From positions 64,001-128,000 of the forward strand of contig CAXXIN010000001.1 in NCBI GenBank assembly GCA_963665275.2: a DNA stretch of 64,000 nt, read 5' to 3'. Position numbers and translations under genes: made by a program. The notes under the pieces are model-generated. The model worked only from the letters and a program-made list of their open reading frames with translations, had not been told where the DNA came from and searched no databases. Positions 17,457-28,149 of the stretch are shown piece by piece. This DNA is from Negativicutes bacterium. Lineage in GTDB: Bacteria > Bacillota > Negativicutes > UBA1444. The first letter of the stretch is position 1. Each line of letters begins with the position of its first letter.

Positions 17457-18320
17457 ATGAACATGAAAAAAGGCTTAACGCTGGGGCTGTCCATAGTTGT
17501 GGCGGCAACATTACTGGTAGGGTGCGGCGGGGCTCCCGAAAAAAAAGCGGAAGCGCCGAAACCAGCAGCTGAAATTACCGGTACTGTTAAAGCTTCGGGC
17601 TCTACTGCCCTGCTGCCGTTGTTAAAAGCTGGCCAGGAAGAGTTTCAGAAGAAAAACGCTAAAGTTACGATCAATATCGCCGGCGGCGGATCTTTCACCG
17701 GTCAGAACCAAGTTGCCAGCGGCGCCGTTGATATTGGCAACTCCGACGTGGCACTCGACACGAAGTTGAACGACAAAGGTCTGGTTGAACATAAACTTGT
17801 GGGAATCCCGTTTGTATTTGTAGTCAACAAAGATGTCGCAGTAGATAACCTCACAACAGCGCAATACATGGGAATCATGACAGGGAAAATCACTAACTGG
17901 AAGGATGTTGGCGGACAAGATCTCAAGATCACCTTGATCCATCGTGCGCCATCATCAGGTTCACGCGCTACCATTCAAGCCTTGGTTCTCAAGGAAAACA
18001 AATTTACTGATAATGCAGTAATCCAGGATTCCAACGGCGCCGTCCGGGCCGCAATTGCCAGCACTGCCGGCGGATTCGGTTATGTCGATGCCGCTTATGC
18101 TGACGCAACAGTGAAGATGCTGGCCGTCGATGGGGTCAAATACTCTCTGGCTGACGTTGCCAGCGGCAAATACAAAATCCTCACCTTTGGCCGCATGTAC
18201 ACGAAAGGACAACCGACCGGCGCTGTCAAAGCCTTCATCGATTTCGTGACAGGCAAGGACTTCCAGGAATCCTATGCTGAGAAGAATGGTTTTGTTCCTC
18301 TCACCAAAATGCCCAAGTAA
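17457..18320 (+). CDS. pstS: Phosphate ABC transporter substrate-binding lipoprotein
   Basis: Lipobox LLVGC; GSTAL, GGGS, VDIGNSD and SSGSR motifs. Confidence 0.93.
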   Translation: MNMKKGLTLGLSIVVAATLLVGCGGAPEKKAEAPKPAAEITGTVKASGSTALLPLLKAGQEEFQKKNAKVTINIAGGGSFTGQNQVASGAVDIGNSDVALDTKLNDKGLVEHKLVGIPFVFVVNKDVAVDNLTTAQYMGIMTGKITNWKDVGGQDLKITLIHRAPSSGSRATIQALVLKENKFTDNAVIQDSNGAVRAAIASTAGGFGYVDAAYADATVKMLAVDGVKYSLADVASGKYKILTFGRMYTKGQPTGAVKAFIDFVTGKDFQESYAEKNGFVPLTKMPK

Positions 18321-18433
18321 AAGTTTCCCAACGGAGTGTTGAAGGTGTATGCCGGTAGTGCCTTAAGGCCTCCGGCGTACACTTGTTTTTAAAAGAATGC
18401 GGGATAAAAATCCCTGGAAAAGGTGTGAAGAGA

Positions 18434-19330
18434 GTGAGTTCCATATCAGGAACGCAAACAACAGATCTTCGGTTGGCCTATGATCGATATATTCGCTATC
18501 TGTTTCTCGCCAGTGCAATCCTTATGTCGGTCATTGTACTCTCGATCCTGTTTTTCATGGGTCAACAGGGATTGCAGACCTTTCGGGAAGTGAGTTTCAG
18601 CGAATTTTTCTTCTCGACGAAATGGGATCCGATGGATGAAAAATTCGGGGCGGCCAGTTTTATCGTAGGATCGATATATGCCGCTATTCTTGCGGTGCTG
18701 TTCGGTGCGCCGCTGGGCCTCGCCGGTGCTGTCTTCATGGCCAAGGTGGCGCCCAAGAGGGTGCGTGATATCATGCGTCCGGCCAATGACCTGTATGTGG
18801 CGATTCCGTCGGTCGTTTACGGTTATCTGGGATTGACGGTGCTGGTCCCGTTTCTGCGGGATGATTTGAAACTCGGCATGGGGTTCGGGCTGTTTGCGGC
18901 GGGTCTGATTCTGGGAATCATGATTTTGCCGACCGTGATCAGTATTTCCGAAGATGCCCTGCGCTCGGTTCCGGCTTCTCTGGAAGAGGCTTCAGTGGCT
19001 CTGGGCGCCACCCGTTGGCAGACCATATGGCATGTTCTCATTCCCGCGGCTTTGCCCGGAATTCTGACGGCGATTATTTTGGCGTTGGCGCGCGCTATTG
19101 GCGAAACCATGGCAGTTCAAATGGTTATTGGCAACACGCCGCTTCTGGCTAAATCACTATTCAATCCGACATCTACTCTGACGAGCGAAATCGTCGTGGA
19201 GATGGGGAATGCCCCCTTTAATTCGGCTTATGGAAACTCGCTGTTTTTGATGGCTTTGGTTTTATTGGTTATTTCTCTGCTGTTGATCGTAGCGATCCGC
19301 GGGTTGATCCGGAAGGGAGAGGCAGCATGA
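18434..19330 (+). CDS. pstC: Phosphate ABC transporter permease PstC
   Basis: AIPSVVYG, EAS.ALGATRWQT and RAIGETMAV motifs. Confidence 0.93.
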   Translation: MSSISGTQTTDLRLAYDRYIRYLFLASAILMSVIVLSILFFMGQQGLQTFREVSFSEFFFSTKWDPMDEKFGAASFIVGSIYAAILAVLFGAPLGLAGAVFMAKVAPKRVRDIMRPANDLYVAIPSVVYGYLGLTVLVPFLRDDLKLGMGFGLFAAGLILGIMILPTVISISEDALRSVPASLEEASVALGATRWQTIWHVLIPAALPGILTAIILALARAIGETMAVQMVIGNTPLLAKSLFNPTSTLTSEIVVEMGNAPFNSAYGNSLFLMALVLLVISLLLIVAIRGLIRKGEAA

Positions 19331-20184
19331 ATGCAAAGCAGATCGACCGATTGGTGACAGTCGTCCTCTGGGGGGCTGGAGTGATCATCATTGGAGTGCT
19401 GACTGTTTTTCTTGGATATATCTTGTTCAAGGGAGTGCCGGTTCTTAGCGGCCACTTTATTTTCGGTCAGTCCAGCGATACCTCCGCCGGGAGCGGGGTC
19501 GGCGCCCAACTCTTCAATACATTCTATATTTTATTTTTGTCGCTGATTGTATCAACTCCGATTGCGATCGGCGCAGGAATCTACTTGGCGGAATACAGCG
19601 CACGCGGCCGGTTGGCGGACATGATCCGGCTCAGCGTCGAATGTCTGGCATCAGTGCCCTCTATTGTACTCGGTTTGTTCGGGATGATTATTTTCATCAA
19701 TCTGATGGGCTTTGGCATCAGTCTCGGAGTTGGTGCGATGACACTGGCATTGATGAATCTGCCGATTATCGTGCGCGTGACGGAAGAGTCGCTGAAAACG
19801 GTGCCCCGAGAATACCGCGAAGCGAGTCTAGCGCTTGGCGCCACCAAATGGCAGACCATCGCCCGGGTTGTGCTGCCTGCGGCCATGCCAGGGATTGTCA
19901 CGGGAATTACCCTGACCGCCGGCAGGGCTGTTGGGGAAACGGCTATTTTGATTTTCACGGCGGGAACTACCGCCTCCCGCATGATACCAGACTTTTCTCT
20001 GTCAGCAGGCGGCGAGACGCTGGCTGTTCACATGTGGTACGTCATGGCCATCGGACTTGTGCCTGATCGCATTGACATCGCCAACGGAACTGGTGCATTA
20101 TTGATTATCGTGATCCTGATGTTCAATCTGGTTCTGGCATCCAGCAGCAAATACTTCCGCAAATGGATGACTGGCGTGCAGTAG
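19327..20184 (+). CDS. pstA: Phosphate ABC transporter permease PstA
   Basis: IYLAEY, VPSIVLGLFG, REASLALGATKWQT and GRAVGETA motifs. Confidence 0.93.
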   Translation: MNAKQIDRLVTVVLWGAGVIIIGVLTVFLGYILFKGVPVLSGHFIFGQSSDTSAGSGVGAQLFNTFYILFLSLIVSTPIAIGAGIYLAEYSARGRLADMIRLSVECLASVPSIVLGLFGMIIFINLMGFGISLGVGAMTLALMNLPIIVRVTEESLKTVPREYREASLALGATKWQTIARVVLPAAMPGIVTGITLTAGRAVGETAILIFTAGTTASRMIPDFSLSAGGETLAVHMWYVMAIGLVPDRIDIANGTGALLIIVILMFNLVLASSSKYFRKWMTGVQ

Positions 20185-20214
20185 AAATGTAGTCCGCATC
20201 AGTGATTCAAAAAT

Positions 20215-20256
20215 AAAAATCCCTCTCAGCCGGTTTTGGTTGGTGGGGATTTTTTT
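20215..20256 (+). terminator. Terminator of pstSCA
   Basis: aaaaatccc...gggattttttt hairpin with T-tract. Confidence 0.7.
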
Positions 20257-20437
20257 AACATGTTCCAAAATAAAAACGGAAAAATGACGAAACGATAATA
20301 ATGAGTTATTTGTAATGCTTTCCCAAAGGTTTTTAATGGACTGTCGCGAAACTCTTATATAGAAGAAAGGATGGATGTTGCAGTTTCGACGAATTCGAAA
20401 CAGTAAGGTGGATTACCGACGACACGAAAAACAATAA

Positions 20438-20549
20438 GGGCAATGTAGCGGCTTGCGCTTGGAGTGAAGAAGCGGGGCCGATTTTTTATCTCCAAATAAT
20501 AATTGTAAAATTCTTAATATTAACCCGCGCAGTCCAGGCTACAGTGCCC
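20438..20549 (+). ncRNA. Candidate structured 5' leader RNA (unclassified) upstream of a chemoreceptor
   Basis: Nested stems gggcaatgtagc/gctacagtgccc, ggcttgcgc/gcgcagtcc and ttggag/ctccaa; loop gcggg is complementary to cccgc. Confidence 0.45.
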
Positions 20550-20580
20550 AGAAAAAGACAAACAGGAAGATATATGAAGG

Positions 20581-22335
20581 ATGGTTAGGAAAATGAAACT
20601 AAAAGTGGGAGCAAAAATCGCTCTGGGGTTCGGGATCGTGCTGATAATCATGTTTGTTATGGGGGGATATTCCTATTATTCGTCGGAAGATACCCGAGTA
20701 CAACTGGCGGAGCTTGATCGGGCCAGTCAGCGCAGCGATGCGGCGGGGATCGCGAGGGATCATTATATCAATGGTGTATTGGCTGCCCGCGGGTATATGC
20801 TGTATGGGGACGAGTCGTTTGCCAAGACAACTATGGACCGGTTTGACGCCGCGCTGAAAGCGGCTGAAACGGTAAAAGCCAAAACAGTTCAGGCAGGAGT
20901 AAAGGCAGAAACAGACAAGATCATCGAGGCAATCAAAAAATATCGCGAGGGATTGGAAACCCGCCTATTTCCAGCAGTAAAGGCGTATCATCTGGAGAAG
21001 AAATCTCCGAATGTTGATATGGCAACACTGCGAAGGTTGGATGCCGGCTTCGTCAGTCTGGGAAATGATCTGCGGCCATTCACGGAAACAATTTCAAAGG
21101 GCATAGAGACGATCCAGGCCGAAGCGAATCAAGCGAATGATGAACGGTTGGCCAAGTTGCAGTCCAATGCGTTGGCTGTGGAAAGATTGATGCTGATTCT
21201 TACGTTGGTTGCACTTGGCATCGGCATTGGCATCAGCATTGTGTTGACACGCGGTATTACCCGCCCATTGTTGGCTATGCGGGGGAGGGTGGATGAGCTG
21301 GCCGAAGGCCATTTCAATAGGGATATCGAGAAAGCATTTCTGGAGCGGAGCGACGAGTTTGGTGAAATATCGCATTCGTTCGACAAGATGATTCGAAGTC
21401 TTCGCGGTTTGATTAAGCAAGTATCGCAGTCAGCCGAGCATTTGGCGGCTTCCAGCCAGGAGTTGACAGCCAGCGCGCAACAGTCGGCAGAGGCATCCAA
21501 CCAAGTTGCCGGTTCGATTACACAGATGGCGGAGGGATCGGAACGTCAGGTTACTGCAGTGAACGAAACATCAGCAGTGGTTGAAGAAATTTCGGCAACG
21601 ATCGAAGAAGTGGCGGCTACGGCGCAGGATATGGCCGGAGTGGCCGGCAAAACTTCCGCTGCGACAGCATCCGGCCAGATAGCGGTCGATTCGGCGGTGG
21701 CCCAGATGGCCAGTGTCGGTGAAGGATCGAAAAAAGCCAAGTCAGCGGCAGGAAACCTGGAAACGGGGTCCCGGCAAATTGCCGAGATCGTTGGGTTGAT
21801 TTCCAGTATCGCCGGGCAGACAAACCTGCTGGCTTTGAATGCGGCGATTGAAGCGGCTCGGGCTGGGGAAGCCGGTCGAGGGTTTGCCGTGGTGGCCGAG
21901 GAAGTGCGGAAATTAGCGGAACAGTCCGAACATGCGGCAACTCAGATCACTCAATTGATCGGCAAGAATGATGCCAACATCCGGAATGTGGTTGGCGTGG
22001 TGGATTCCACGATCAATGATATTGATCAGGGAATTAAGCTTGTTAACACTGCCGGCGCCGGTTTCGGCGAAATAGGCAAGTTGGTCAAAGATCTGTCACA
22101 GCAGGTGAATCAGATATCTACCGCGCTTAGTGAGGTTGCAACCGGCAGCGAACGCATTGTGCATTCGATCCGGGATGTGGAAAAAATCAGCCGTGCAGCA
22201 TCGGCAGAGGCCCAGAGTGTGTCGGCAGCCACAGAAGAGCAGTCCGCATCGACGGAGGAAATTGCTTCGTCCAGTCAGGCTTTGGCCAAGCTGGCTACTG
22301 ACCTGCAACATGCGATGACCAAGTTCCGCGTGTAA
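20581..22335 (+). CDS. Methyl-accepting chemotaxis protein
   Basis: Two TM helices, [41 protein letters not shown]. Confidence 0.95.
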   Translation: MVRKMKLKVGAKIALGFGIVLIIMFVMGGYSYYSSEDTRVQLAELDRASQRSDAAGIARDHYINGVLAARGYMLYGDESFAKTTMDRFDAALKAAETVKAKTVQAGVKAETDKIIEAIKKYREGLETRLFPAVKAYHLEKKSPNVDMATLRRLDAGFVSLGNDLRPFTETISKGIETIQAEANQANDERLAKLQSNALAVERLMLILTLVALGIGIGISIVLTRGITRPLLAMRGRVDELAEGHFNRDIEKAFLERSDEFGEISHSFDKMIRSLRGLIKQVSQSAEHLAASSQELTASAQQSAEASNQVAGSITQMAEGSERQVTAVNETSAVVEEISATIEEVAATAQDMAGVAGKTSAATASGQIAVDSAVAQMASVGEGSKKAKSAAGNLETGSRQIAEIVGLISSIAGQTNLLALNAAIEAARAGEAGRGFAVVAEEVRKLAEQSEHAATQITQLIGKNDANIRNVVGVVDSTINDIDQGIKLVNTAGAGFGEIGKLVKDLSQQVNQISTALSEVATGSERIVHSIRDVEKISRAASAEAQSVSAATEEQSASTEEIASSSQALAKLATDLQHAMTKFRV

Positions 22336-22363
22336 GTATGCGGTTAGTAATAATGGCTGCGAT

Positions 22364-22391
22364 GTTACAAAAACATAACAAAGGCTTAACA
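22364..22391 (+). promoter_or_regulatory. Pho-box-like triad upstream of the second chemoreceptor
   Basis: GTTACA / ATAACA / TTAACA at 22364, 22375 and 22386 (11-bp period). Confidence 0.55.
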
Positions 22392-22469
22392 ACCCCACAA
22401 TATATAAACGGTAAGATAGGAGTGAGCGATCTGACATATAAAGTGTAGGAAATTGAAGGAGAGAAGTCG

Positions 22470-24161
22470 TTGCGACATTCAATCGGCGCAAAAATACTCG
22501 GGATCTGCATGCTCGTTGTGACGGTTTTTACACTGCTTAATGTTTATTCCTATGTCAAGTCTCAACAAGTCACCGCAGGCTACCGTAATGTGATCGACCG
22601 AAATGCTTCATTGATTTTCAGGGTGTATGCCGCCGACGTCGAACTGGCCAAGCAGTCGGTATTGCTGCAGAAGTATTTGATGTCGAAAAACGAGAAAGAC
22701 CGCCAGGATTTTGAGGAATCAAAAGTTAACATGGAAGCGGTTTTCAGCAGTCTGGATAAAGAACTGATTACCCCGGAAGGCAAAGAGGGCTTGGCGCAGG
22801 TCCGTACGGCTGTGGATGCGTGGCATCTGTCGGCAATGCAAGGTTTGAAAAATTCTCTGGAAAAAGGCGCGTCCGCAACTACGACAGTTACAGATCCCCG
22901 CCTGGAAGCGGAAGCGTTGGCAGCGGAACAGGAAATTAATGCTTATGTACGTTTCCTGCGTGGGAGGATGCACGAGCGAACGGAAGAAAACCTCATGATC
23001 GGCGAGGAGACTCAAAAGTACATTGTTGGCGGCAATGCGGCGGTCGTGATTTTGGCGACGGGGCTGTCGATTTGGCTGTGGCGGCGCATATCCAAGCCGC
23101 TAAGTGAGCTAAATCGCAGGGCCCATGCAATCGCTTCCGGTGATCTTCGGCTGAAAGAGCTGAACTATCGAAATAAAGATGAAATTGGCCAGATCGTCGA
23201 CGCGCTTGGGTCCATGAACCAAAGCTTGCACCACTTGGTCAGTCAAGTGATGGCGGATGCGGGGAAGGTTACCCAGGCCTGCGCTGCATTTACGGTCGCT
23301 ACCGAGGGGTCGGCCGAAGCGGCGGCTCATATCACTGAAAACATGACGGAAGTTGCGGAACGGGCAGAGGCGATATTCAGGGAGGCGGAGGAAGTGAGGA
23401 GGAAGATGGAAGCGATTTCGGCGCGGATCGAACAAGTTACGGCGCATGCCGCCGGGGCAGCGGCGGTGGCACGGTCTACGGAGGAATCCAGCATCGCCGG
23501 ACAGGCCGCAATTGACCGGGCTATCGGACAGATGCGGGTCATCAGCGACTCAACCGAAAATACTGGTAAGGCTGTGGTGAAACTCTCGGCAGGGTCTGAC
23601 CGAATTGCCGAATTTGTCACGGTTATCAACGGGATTGCTGAGCAGACCCACCTACTGGCGTTGAACGCTGCAATCGAAGCGGCACGGGCCGGAGAGTCCG
23701 GCAGGGGATTTGCCGTGGTAGCGCAGGAAGTTAACAAGCTGGCTGCCGAGTCGGCGAAATCCGCCAAGGATGTTCAGTCGATGATTCAGTCCAATCGTCA
23801 GGACCTTGCTGCCGTGGTTTCTTACGTTCGTGCGGGCCGGGACGGCGTGCTGGCCGGAACAGAGATGGTGGGAGCCGCCGGTGCGGAATTTGGGAGAATC
23901 GCTCAAGGCGTCGAGCAGGTATCGGAGCGGATGCGGGGTATTTCACAGGCAGTATCGGAGCTTTCGGATGGCGGCAGAGATATAGTCGCCGCAGTGCAGC
24001 GGGTCGAAGAAAAATGCAGCGAAACTGCCGGCAGAACGCAGGCGATTTCCGCTGCAGTTCAGCAGCAGGCCGCATCTCTTCAGCAGATGGCCGGATCGGG
24101 CCGCTCGCTGGATGGGTTGGCGCAACAAATGCAGGGAGTAGTAAAAAAATTCACCCTGTAA
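22470..24161 (+). CDS. Methyl-accepting chemotaxis protein
   Basis: Two TM helices, [34 protein letters not shown]; TTG start with AAGGAG RBS. Confidence 0.95.
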   Translation: MRHSIGAKILGICMLVVTVFTLLNVYSYVKSQQVTAGYRNVIDRNASLIFRVYAADVELAKQSVLLQKYLMSKNEKDRQDFEESKVNMEAVFSSLDKELITPEGKEGLAQVRTAVDAWHLSAMQGLKNSLEKGASATTTVTDPRLEAEALAAEQEINAYVRFLRGRMHERTEENLMIGEETQKYIVGGNAAVVILATGLSIWLWRRISKPLSELNRRAHAIASGDLRLKELNYRNKDEIGQIVDALGSMNQSLHHLVSQVMADAGKVTQACAAFTVATEGSAEAAAHITENMTEVAERAEAIFREAEEVRRKMEAISARIEQVTAHAAGAAAVARSTEESSIAGQAAIDRAIGQMRVISDSTENTGKAVVKLSAGSDRIAEFVTVINGIAEQTHLLALNAAIEAARAGESGRGFAVVAQEVNKLAAESAKSAKDVQSMIQSNRQDLAAVVSYVRAGRDGVLAGTEMVGAAGAEFGRIAQGVEQVSERMRGISQAVSELSDGGRDIVAAVQRVEEKCSETAGRTQAISAAVQQQAASLQQMAGSGRSLDGLAQQMQGVVKKFTL

Positions 24162-24166
24162 TAACG

Positions 24167-26689
24167 CTACCAGCCATATTTGGCGAAGAACCAGCGTTTC
24201 ACGAAATCGACGAGGATTAGATAGCAGACAACCAGGCCGCAGATTGCCACGATAAAGGCAAGCGGCAACGGCGTGAATCCGAAAAACAGACCGAACGGTG
24301 TATAGGGGATGATAAAGCCTGCCAAAGCAACGCCGACAGTACTCAGGGTCAGCCAACGGCTGGCTCTGCTTTTCATGATGTTGTAACGGGATCGGATGAT
24401 ATGAACCACCAGAACCTGGGTAGCCAGTGATTCGATGAACCAGCCGGTCTGGAAGGAGGCTTCGTCGGCCCGGAAGAAATATAGCAGCAGCGCGAAGGTC
24501 AGAATGTCGAACAGTGAGCTCACCGGTCCAAAGACCAGCATAAAGTGCTTGATGAATTTGATATTCCAGCGGCGGGGTTTCATCACGGCTTCATCATCCA
24601 CGTTGTCTGATGGAATCGTAATCTGCGAAAAATCGTATAGGAGATTGTTCAACAGGATTTGCACCGGCGCCATCGGCAAGAAAGGAACCAGCACTGAAGC
24701 GATCGCCATGCTGAACATATTGCCGAAATTTGAGCTGGTTCCCATCATAATATATTTCAATGTATTGGCATAAGTCCGGCGGCCTTCCACCACTCCGTCC
24801 TTGAGCGCATCCAGATCTTTTTCCAGCAGAATGATCGAGGCGGATTCTTTGGCCACATCCACCGCATTGTTTACGGAAATTCCGACATCGGCCACATGGA
24901 GCGAGGGGGCGTCATTGATCCCGTCACCGATATATCCGACCACATGTCCTTTGCGTTTCAGCAGGTCCATGATCCGGTTTTTCTGTGCCGGGGACAACCG
25001 GGCAAAAATGGGGGTTTCGTCAATATTGCGGGAAAGTGCATCATCGGACATGGTATCGATATCATTGCCGGTCAGGATTGGTTCTGCTGCAATTCCGATG
25101 TCAGTGCAAACTTTTTTGGTGACCAGCTCATTGTCACCCGTCAGAATTTTTAACGTAACCCCCAGTTCCTTTAGGCCCATGATGGTTTCGCGCACCGAAG
25201 CCTTGGGCGGATCAAAGAAGGCCAGATATCCAAGTAAAGTGACATCTGTTTCGTCAGCCGGCTCAAAAGTGGATTTGGTTGTGGGGTACTCCTTGAAGGC
25301 AACTGCAATCACCCGGTAGCCTTTGGCGCTGTAGTCCTGAAATTTTCGGGTAACATCCGCCAATTCTTGACCGGATAGTTCCACCGGTCCATTCTTCGTC
25401 ATATGGCGGGTTGAAATCTTCAGAATGCTTTCCGGCGCGCCCTTAGTTATCATCAGGACTGAACTAGCGTCGGCCTTTTCCACAATGACCGACATCATCC
25501 GCCGGACAAAATCGAAAGGAATTTCCTCTTTTTTTCGGTACAAGTCAGCAGTTTCCGGCGCTTGCAGGGCAGCGATGGTCATATCCAGAGGATTTTTCAT
25601 GCCGCCTTGCAGAGTACTGTTCAGCCAGGCGTAAAGGAACACCTGCGGGTCTTCGGTGCCGTCAACATTGGTCGATTCGACCAGCTTGAATTCGCCTTCC
25701 GTCAATGTGCCGGTTTTGTCTGAACAAAGAATATCCATGCTGCCGAAATTCTGGATAGATTCCAGTCGTTTGACGATTACGCCTTTTTTCGACATGGAGA
25801 GGGCGCCTTTGGCCAGGGTTACGGTCATGATGACAGGCAGAAGCTCCGGCGTGAGACCGACCGAAACGGCTAACGCAAACAGAAATGATTCGAAAAAGTT
25901 ATGCTTGAGTAACGCATTGACCAGAAAAATCAGTAACACCAAAGATGAGATTACTTTGGTCAGCATCAGGCTGAAGTCATGGATTCCATGCTCAAATTCG
26001 GTTTCCGGCGGTTTCCTCGTCAAGACATGGGCAATATTGCCGATTTCTGTATTTCGCCCGGTGGAAACCACTACTGCTGTGCCCATGCCGCTGGTAACAC
26101 TGCAACCCATAAACACGGCGTATTTCATGTCGGTCAACTGGGTGGATCCTTCTTCCTCCAGTGATAGGGTTTTGGATACGGGAAAGGATTCTCCGGTTAC
26201 CGAAGCCTGATTGACATAAAGATTATTGGTGTGAATCAGTCGGGCATCGCCGGGGATGATGTCGCCGGCGGAAAGTTGGACAATATCGCCGGGAACAACT
26301 TCCGGCAGGATGATATCCTGATATTTGCCGTCACGCAACACGGTCGCGTGCACAGCCACTTGCTTGCGGAGAGCGGCGGCCGCTTGGTTGGAACGATGTT
26401 CGTGGAAAAATTGTAATGATGCGCTGAGGGTGACCAGCACGATAATAATGATGGCGCCGTGCACCTCGCCGAGAAAATAGGACAAAATCGCCGACGCCAA
26501 CAAAATCAAAACCAGAGGATTGGAAAACATTTTAAGGAAAGTGGCGAACGCATTCTGTTCGCCTTTCGTTTCGAGTTCATTGCGGCCATAAACAGCGAGG
26601 CGCTTTTTGGCCTCCACAGAGCTCAGACCGGCCTCGGACGATTGAGTGTGAGCATATATGTCGGTTAGTTTTTCATTTAAAGGATGCAT
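24167..26689 (-). CDS. mgtA: Magnesium-translocating P-type ATPase
   Basis: TGES, VGLTPE, DKTGTLT, KGAPE, GDGINDAP, SSNFGNMFS and NNLLYD motifs. Confidence 0.93.
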   Translation of the reverse strand: MHPLNEKLTDIYAHTQSSEAGLSSVEAKKRLAVYGRNELETKGEQNAFATFLKMFSNPLVLILLASAILSYFLGEVHGAIIIIVLVTLSASLQFFHEHRSNQAAAALRKQVAVHATVLRDGKYQDIILPEVVPGDIVQLSAGDIIPGDARLIHTNNLYVNQASVTGESFPVSKTLSLEEEGSTQLTDMKYAVFMGCSVTSGMGTAVVVSTGRNTEIGNIAHVLTRKPPETEFEHGIHDFSLMLTKVISSLVLLIFLVNALLKHNFFESFLFALAVSVGLTPELLPVIMTVTLAKGALSMSKKGVIVKRLESIQNFGSMDILCSDKTGTLTEGEFKLVESTNVDGTEDPQVFLYAWLNSTLQGGMKNPLDMTIAALQAPETADLYRKKEEIPFDFVRRMMSVIVEKADASSVLMITKGAPESILKISTRHMTKNGPVELSGQELADVTRKFQDYSAKGYRVIAVAFKEYPTTKSTFEPADETDVTLLGYLAFFDPPKASVRETIMGLKELGVTLKILTGDNELVTKKVCTDIGIAAEPILTGNDIDTMSDDALSRNIDETPIFARLSPAQKNRIMDLLKRKGHVVGYIGDGINDAPSLHVADVGISVNNAVDVAKESASIILLEKDLDALKDGVVEGRRTYANTLKYIMMGTSSNFGNMFSMAIASVLVPFLPMAPVQILLNNLLYDFSQITIPSDNVDDEAVMKPRRWNIKFIKHFMLVFGPVSSLFDILTFALLLYFFRADEASFQTGWFIESLATQVLVVHIIRSRYNIMKSRASRWLTLSTVGVALAGFIIPYTPFGLFFGFTPLPLAFIVAICGLVVCYLILVDFVKRWFFAKYGW

Positions 26690-26784
26690 TGTTTCAACCC
26701 CTCCTTGCCTTAAGGGCGGATTTGCCGAACGTTAAGCTTATTGAACAGTATTCCGTTTTATTCGTATAGTTTCCTGCAAGGGAA

Positions 26785-26830
26785 AAGCGCCCAAAGCTGG
26801 AATTCAAGTGAATCCAGGCTTTGGGCGCTT
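26785..26830 (-). terminator. Terminator downstream of alaT
   Basis: aagcgcccaaagc / gctttgggcgctt stem with a T-run on the minus strand. Confidence 0.65.
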
Positions 26831-26860
26831 AGTATAAAATCTGGAGATTGTTGAAATTTA

Positions 26861-26975
26861 TCCATCGCACAGCCTGTTTATCCCCGCCCTCCTAGGTCGG
26901 GGATAAACAGGCTGTAACTCGAAGTAAATTCGACTAAGATTCAGGTGGCGTTAAAACACCATCTGAATCAAGTCT
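26861..26975. repeat. Palindromic dispersed repeat (MITE/REP-like), copy 1
   Basis: Near-identical to 36535..36700; two long hairpins (acagcctgtttatcccc/ggggataaacaggctgt and gattcaggtgg/ccatctgaatc). Confidence 0.8.
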
Positions 26976-26979
26976 GCAT

Positions 26980-28149
26980 TTATTTCAGTAAGGGTTTTAC
27001 GAAACGACCAATGCGGTCAAGCGCCTCTGCCAGGTTTTTCGAGGAAGCGGCGTAGGAGCAGCGGACGTAGCCTTCGCCGCAGGCGCCGAAGGCGTCACCG
27101 GGGACCAGCGCTACTTTTTCGGCCTGAAGTAGTTTCTCGGCAAACTCCAGTGAAGTGAGTTCGGTATTTTGGATGGAAGGGAAGACGTAGAATGCGCCTT
27201 TCGGTTCGAAACAGTCCAGCCCCATGTTGCGGAACCCTTCGACCATCAGGCGACGTCGCTTGTCATATTCTGCGACCATGCGCTCCCGGCTGGATTTTCC
27301 CTGCTGAAGGGCTTCCACAGCAGCGATTTGAGCTGTGATTGGAGCGCAGAGCATGGTGAACTGGTGGATTTTGGTCATGGCGGCGATGAAATCCTCATTG
27401 CCAAGGGCATAGCCGATACGCCAACCGGTCATTGCATAGGCTTTGGAGAAGCCGTTGAGCAGAATCGTGCGGTCGCGCATTCCCGGCAGCGAGGAAAAGC
27501 AGGTGTGTTCTCCGTCGTACGTCAGATTGGCGTAGATTTCATCAGAAATTACGATAAGATCATGCTCCTCGGCAAATCGCGCGATGGTAGCTATCTGTTC
27601 CCGTGGCATCACGGCCCCGGTCGGATTGTTCGGATACCCGATCAGCAACGCTTTGGTCCGTGGTGTCAGCGCCGCAGCCAACTGATCGACAGTGACGCGG
27701 AACTCATGCTCGCGGGTGCAGCAAACACTCACCGGCACGCCGCCGGCCAGAGTGACACACGCTTTATAGGAAACATAGCAAGGTTCAGGCACCAGCACTT
27801 CATCGCCGGGGGAAAGGATAGCGCGCATGGCGAGGTCCAGGGCTTCGCTCACCCCAACAGTTACCAGAGCTTCGCATTTCGGATTGTACGAAACGCCGTA
27901 ATCGGTTTCGATCATATGGGTGATTTCCTGGCGCAGTTCCAGCAGGCCATAGTTCGACGTATAGGAGGTATAGCCGCGCTGAAGCCCGTGCACACAGCTT
28001 TCCCGTATGTGCCAGGGGGTCACAAAATCCGGTTCGCCGACGCCTAGTGAAATGACGCCTTTCATTTCAGCGACGATGTCAAAGAATCGCCGGATACCTG
28101 AGGGCGGGATCGAACGGACGAGCGGGGAGACGCGTTCAGCCCAGTTCAT
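26980..28149 (-). CDS. alaT: Class I/II PLP aminotransferase (YugH/AlaT-like)
   Basis: SGIRRFFD, LGVGEPDF, PNNPTG, SDEIY and GFSKAYAMTGWRIG motifs; coupled to an Lrp gene as in Bacillus yugG-yugH. Confidence 0.85.
   Translation of the reverse strand: MNWAERVSPLVRSIPPSGIRRFFDIVAEMKGVISLGVGEPDFVTPWHIRESCVHGLQRGYTSYTSNYGLLELRQEITHMIETDYGVSYNPKCEALVTVGVSEALDLAMRAILSPGDEVLVPEPCYVSYKACVTLAGGVPVSVCCTREHEFRVTVDQLAAALTPRTKALLIGYPNNPTGAVMPREQIATIARFAEEHDLIVISDEIYANLTYDGEHTCFSSLPGMRDRTILLNGFSKAYAMTGWRIGYALGNEDFIAAMTKIHQFTMLCAPITAQIAAVEALQQGKSSRERMVAEYDKRRRLMVEGFRNMGLDCFEPKGAFYVFPSIQNTELTSLEFAEKLLQAEKVALVPGDAFGACGEGYVRCSYAASSKNLAEALDRIGRFVKPLLK

Noticed and set aside
26690-26790. M-box (Mg2+) riboswitch upstream of mgtA
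   Set aside because: Only about 95 nt are available before the upstream terminator and no M-box-like sequence was recognised.
27169-28047. 292-aa plus-strand ORF (also 30104..30808, 47034..47741, 38637..39329 and similar)
   Set aside because: Antisense shadows of well-supported genes, with no recognisable motifs or RBS.
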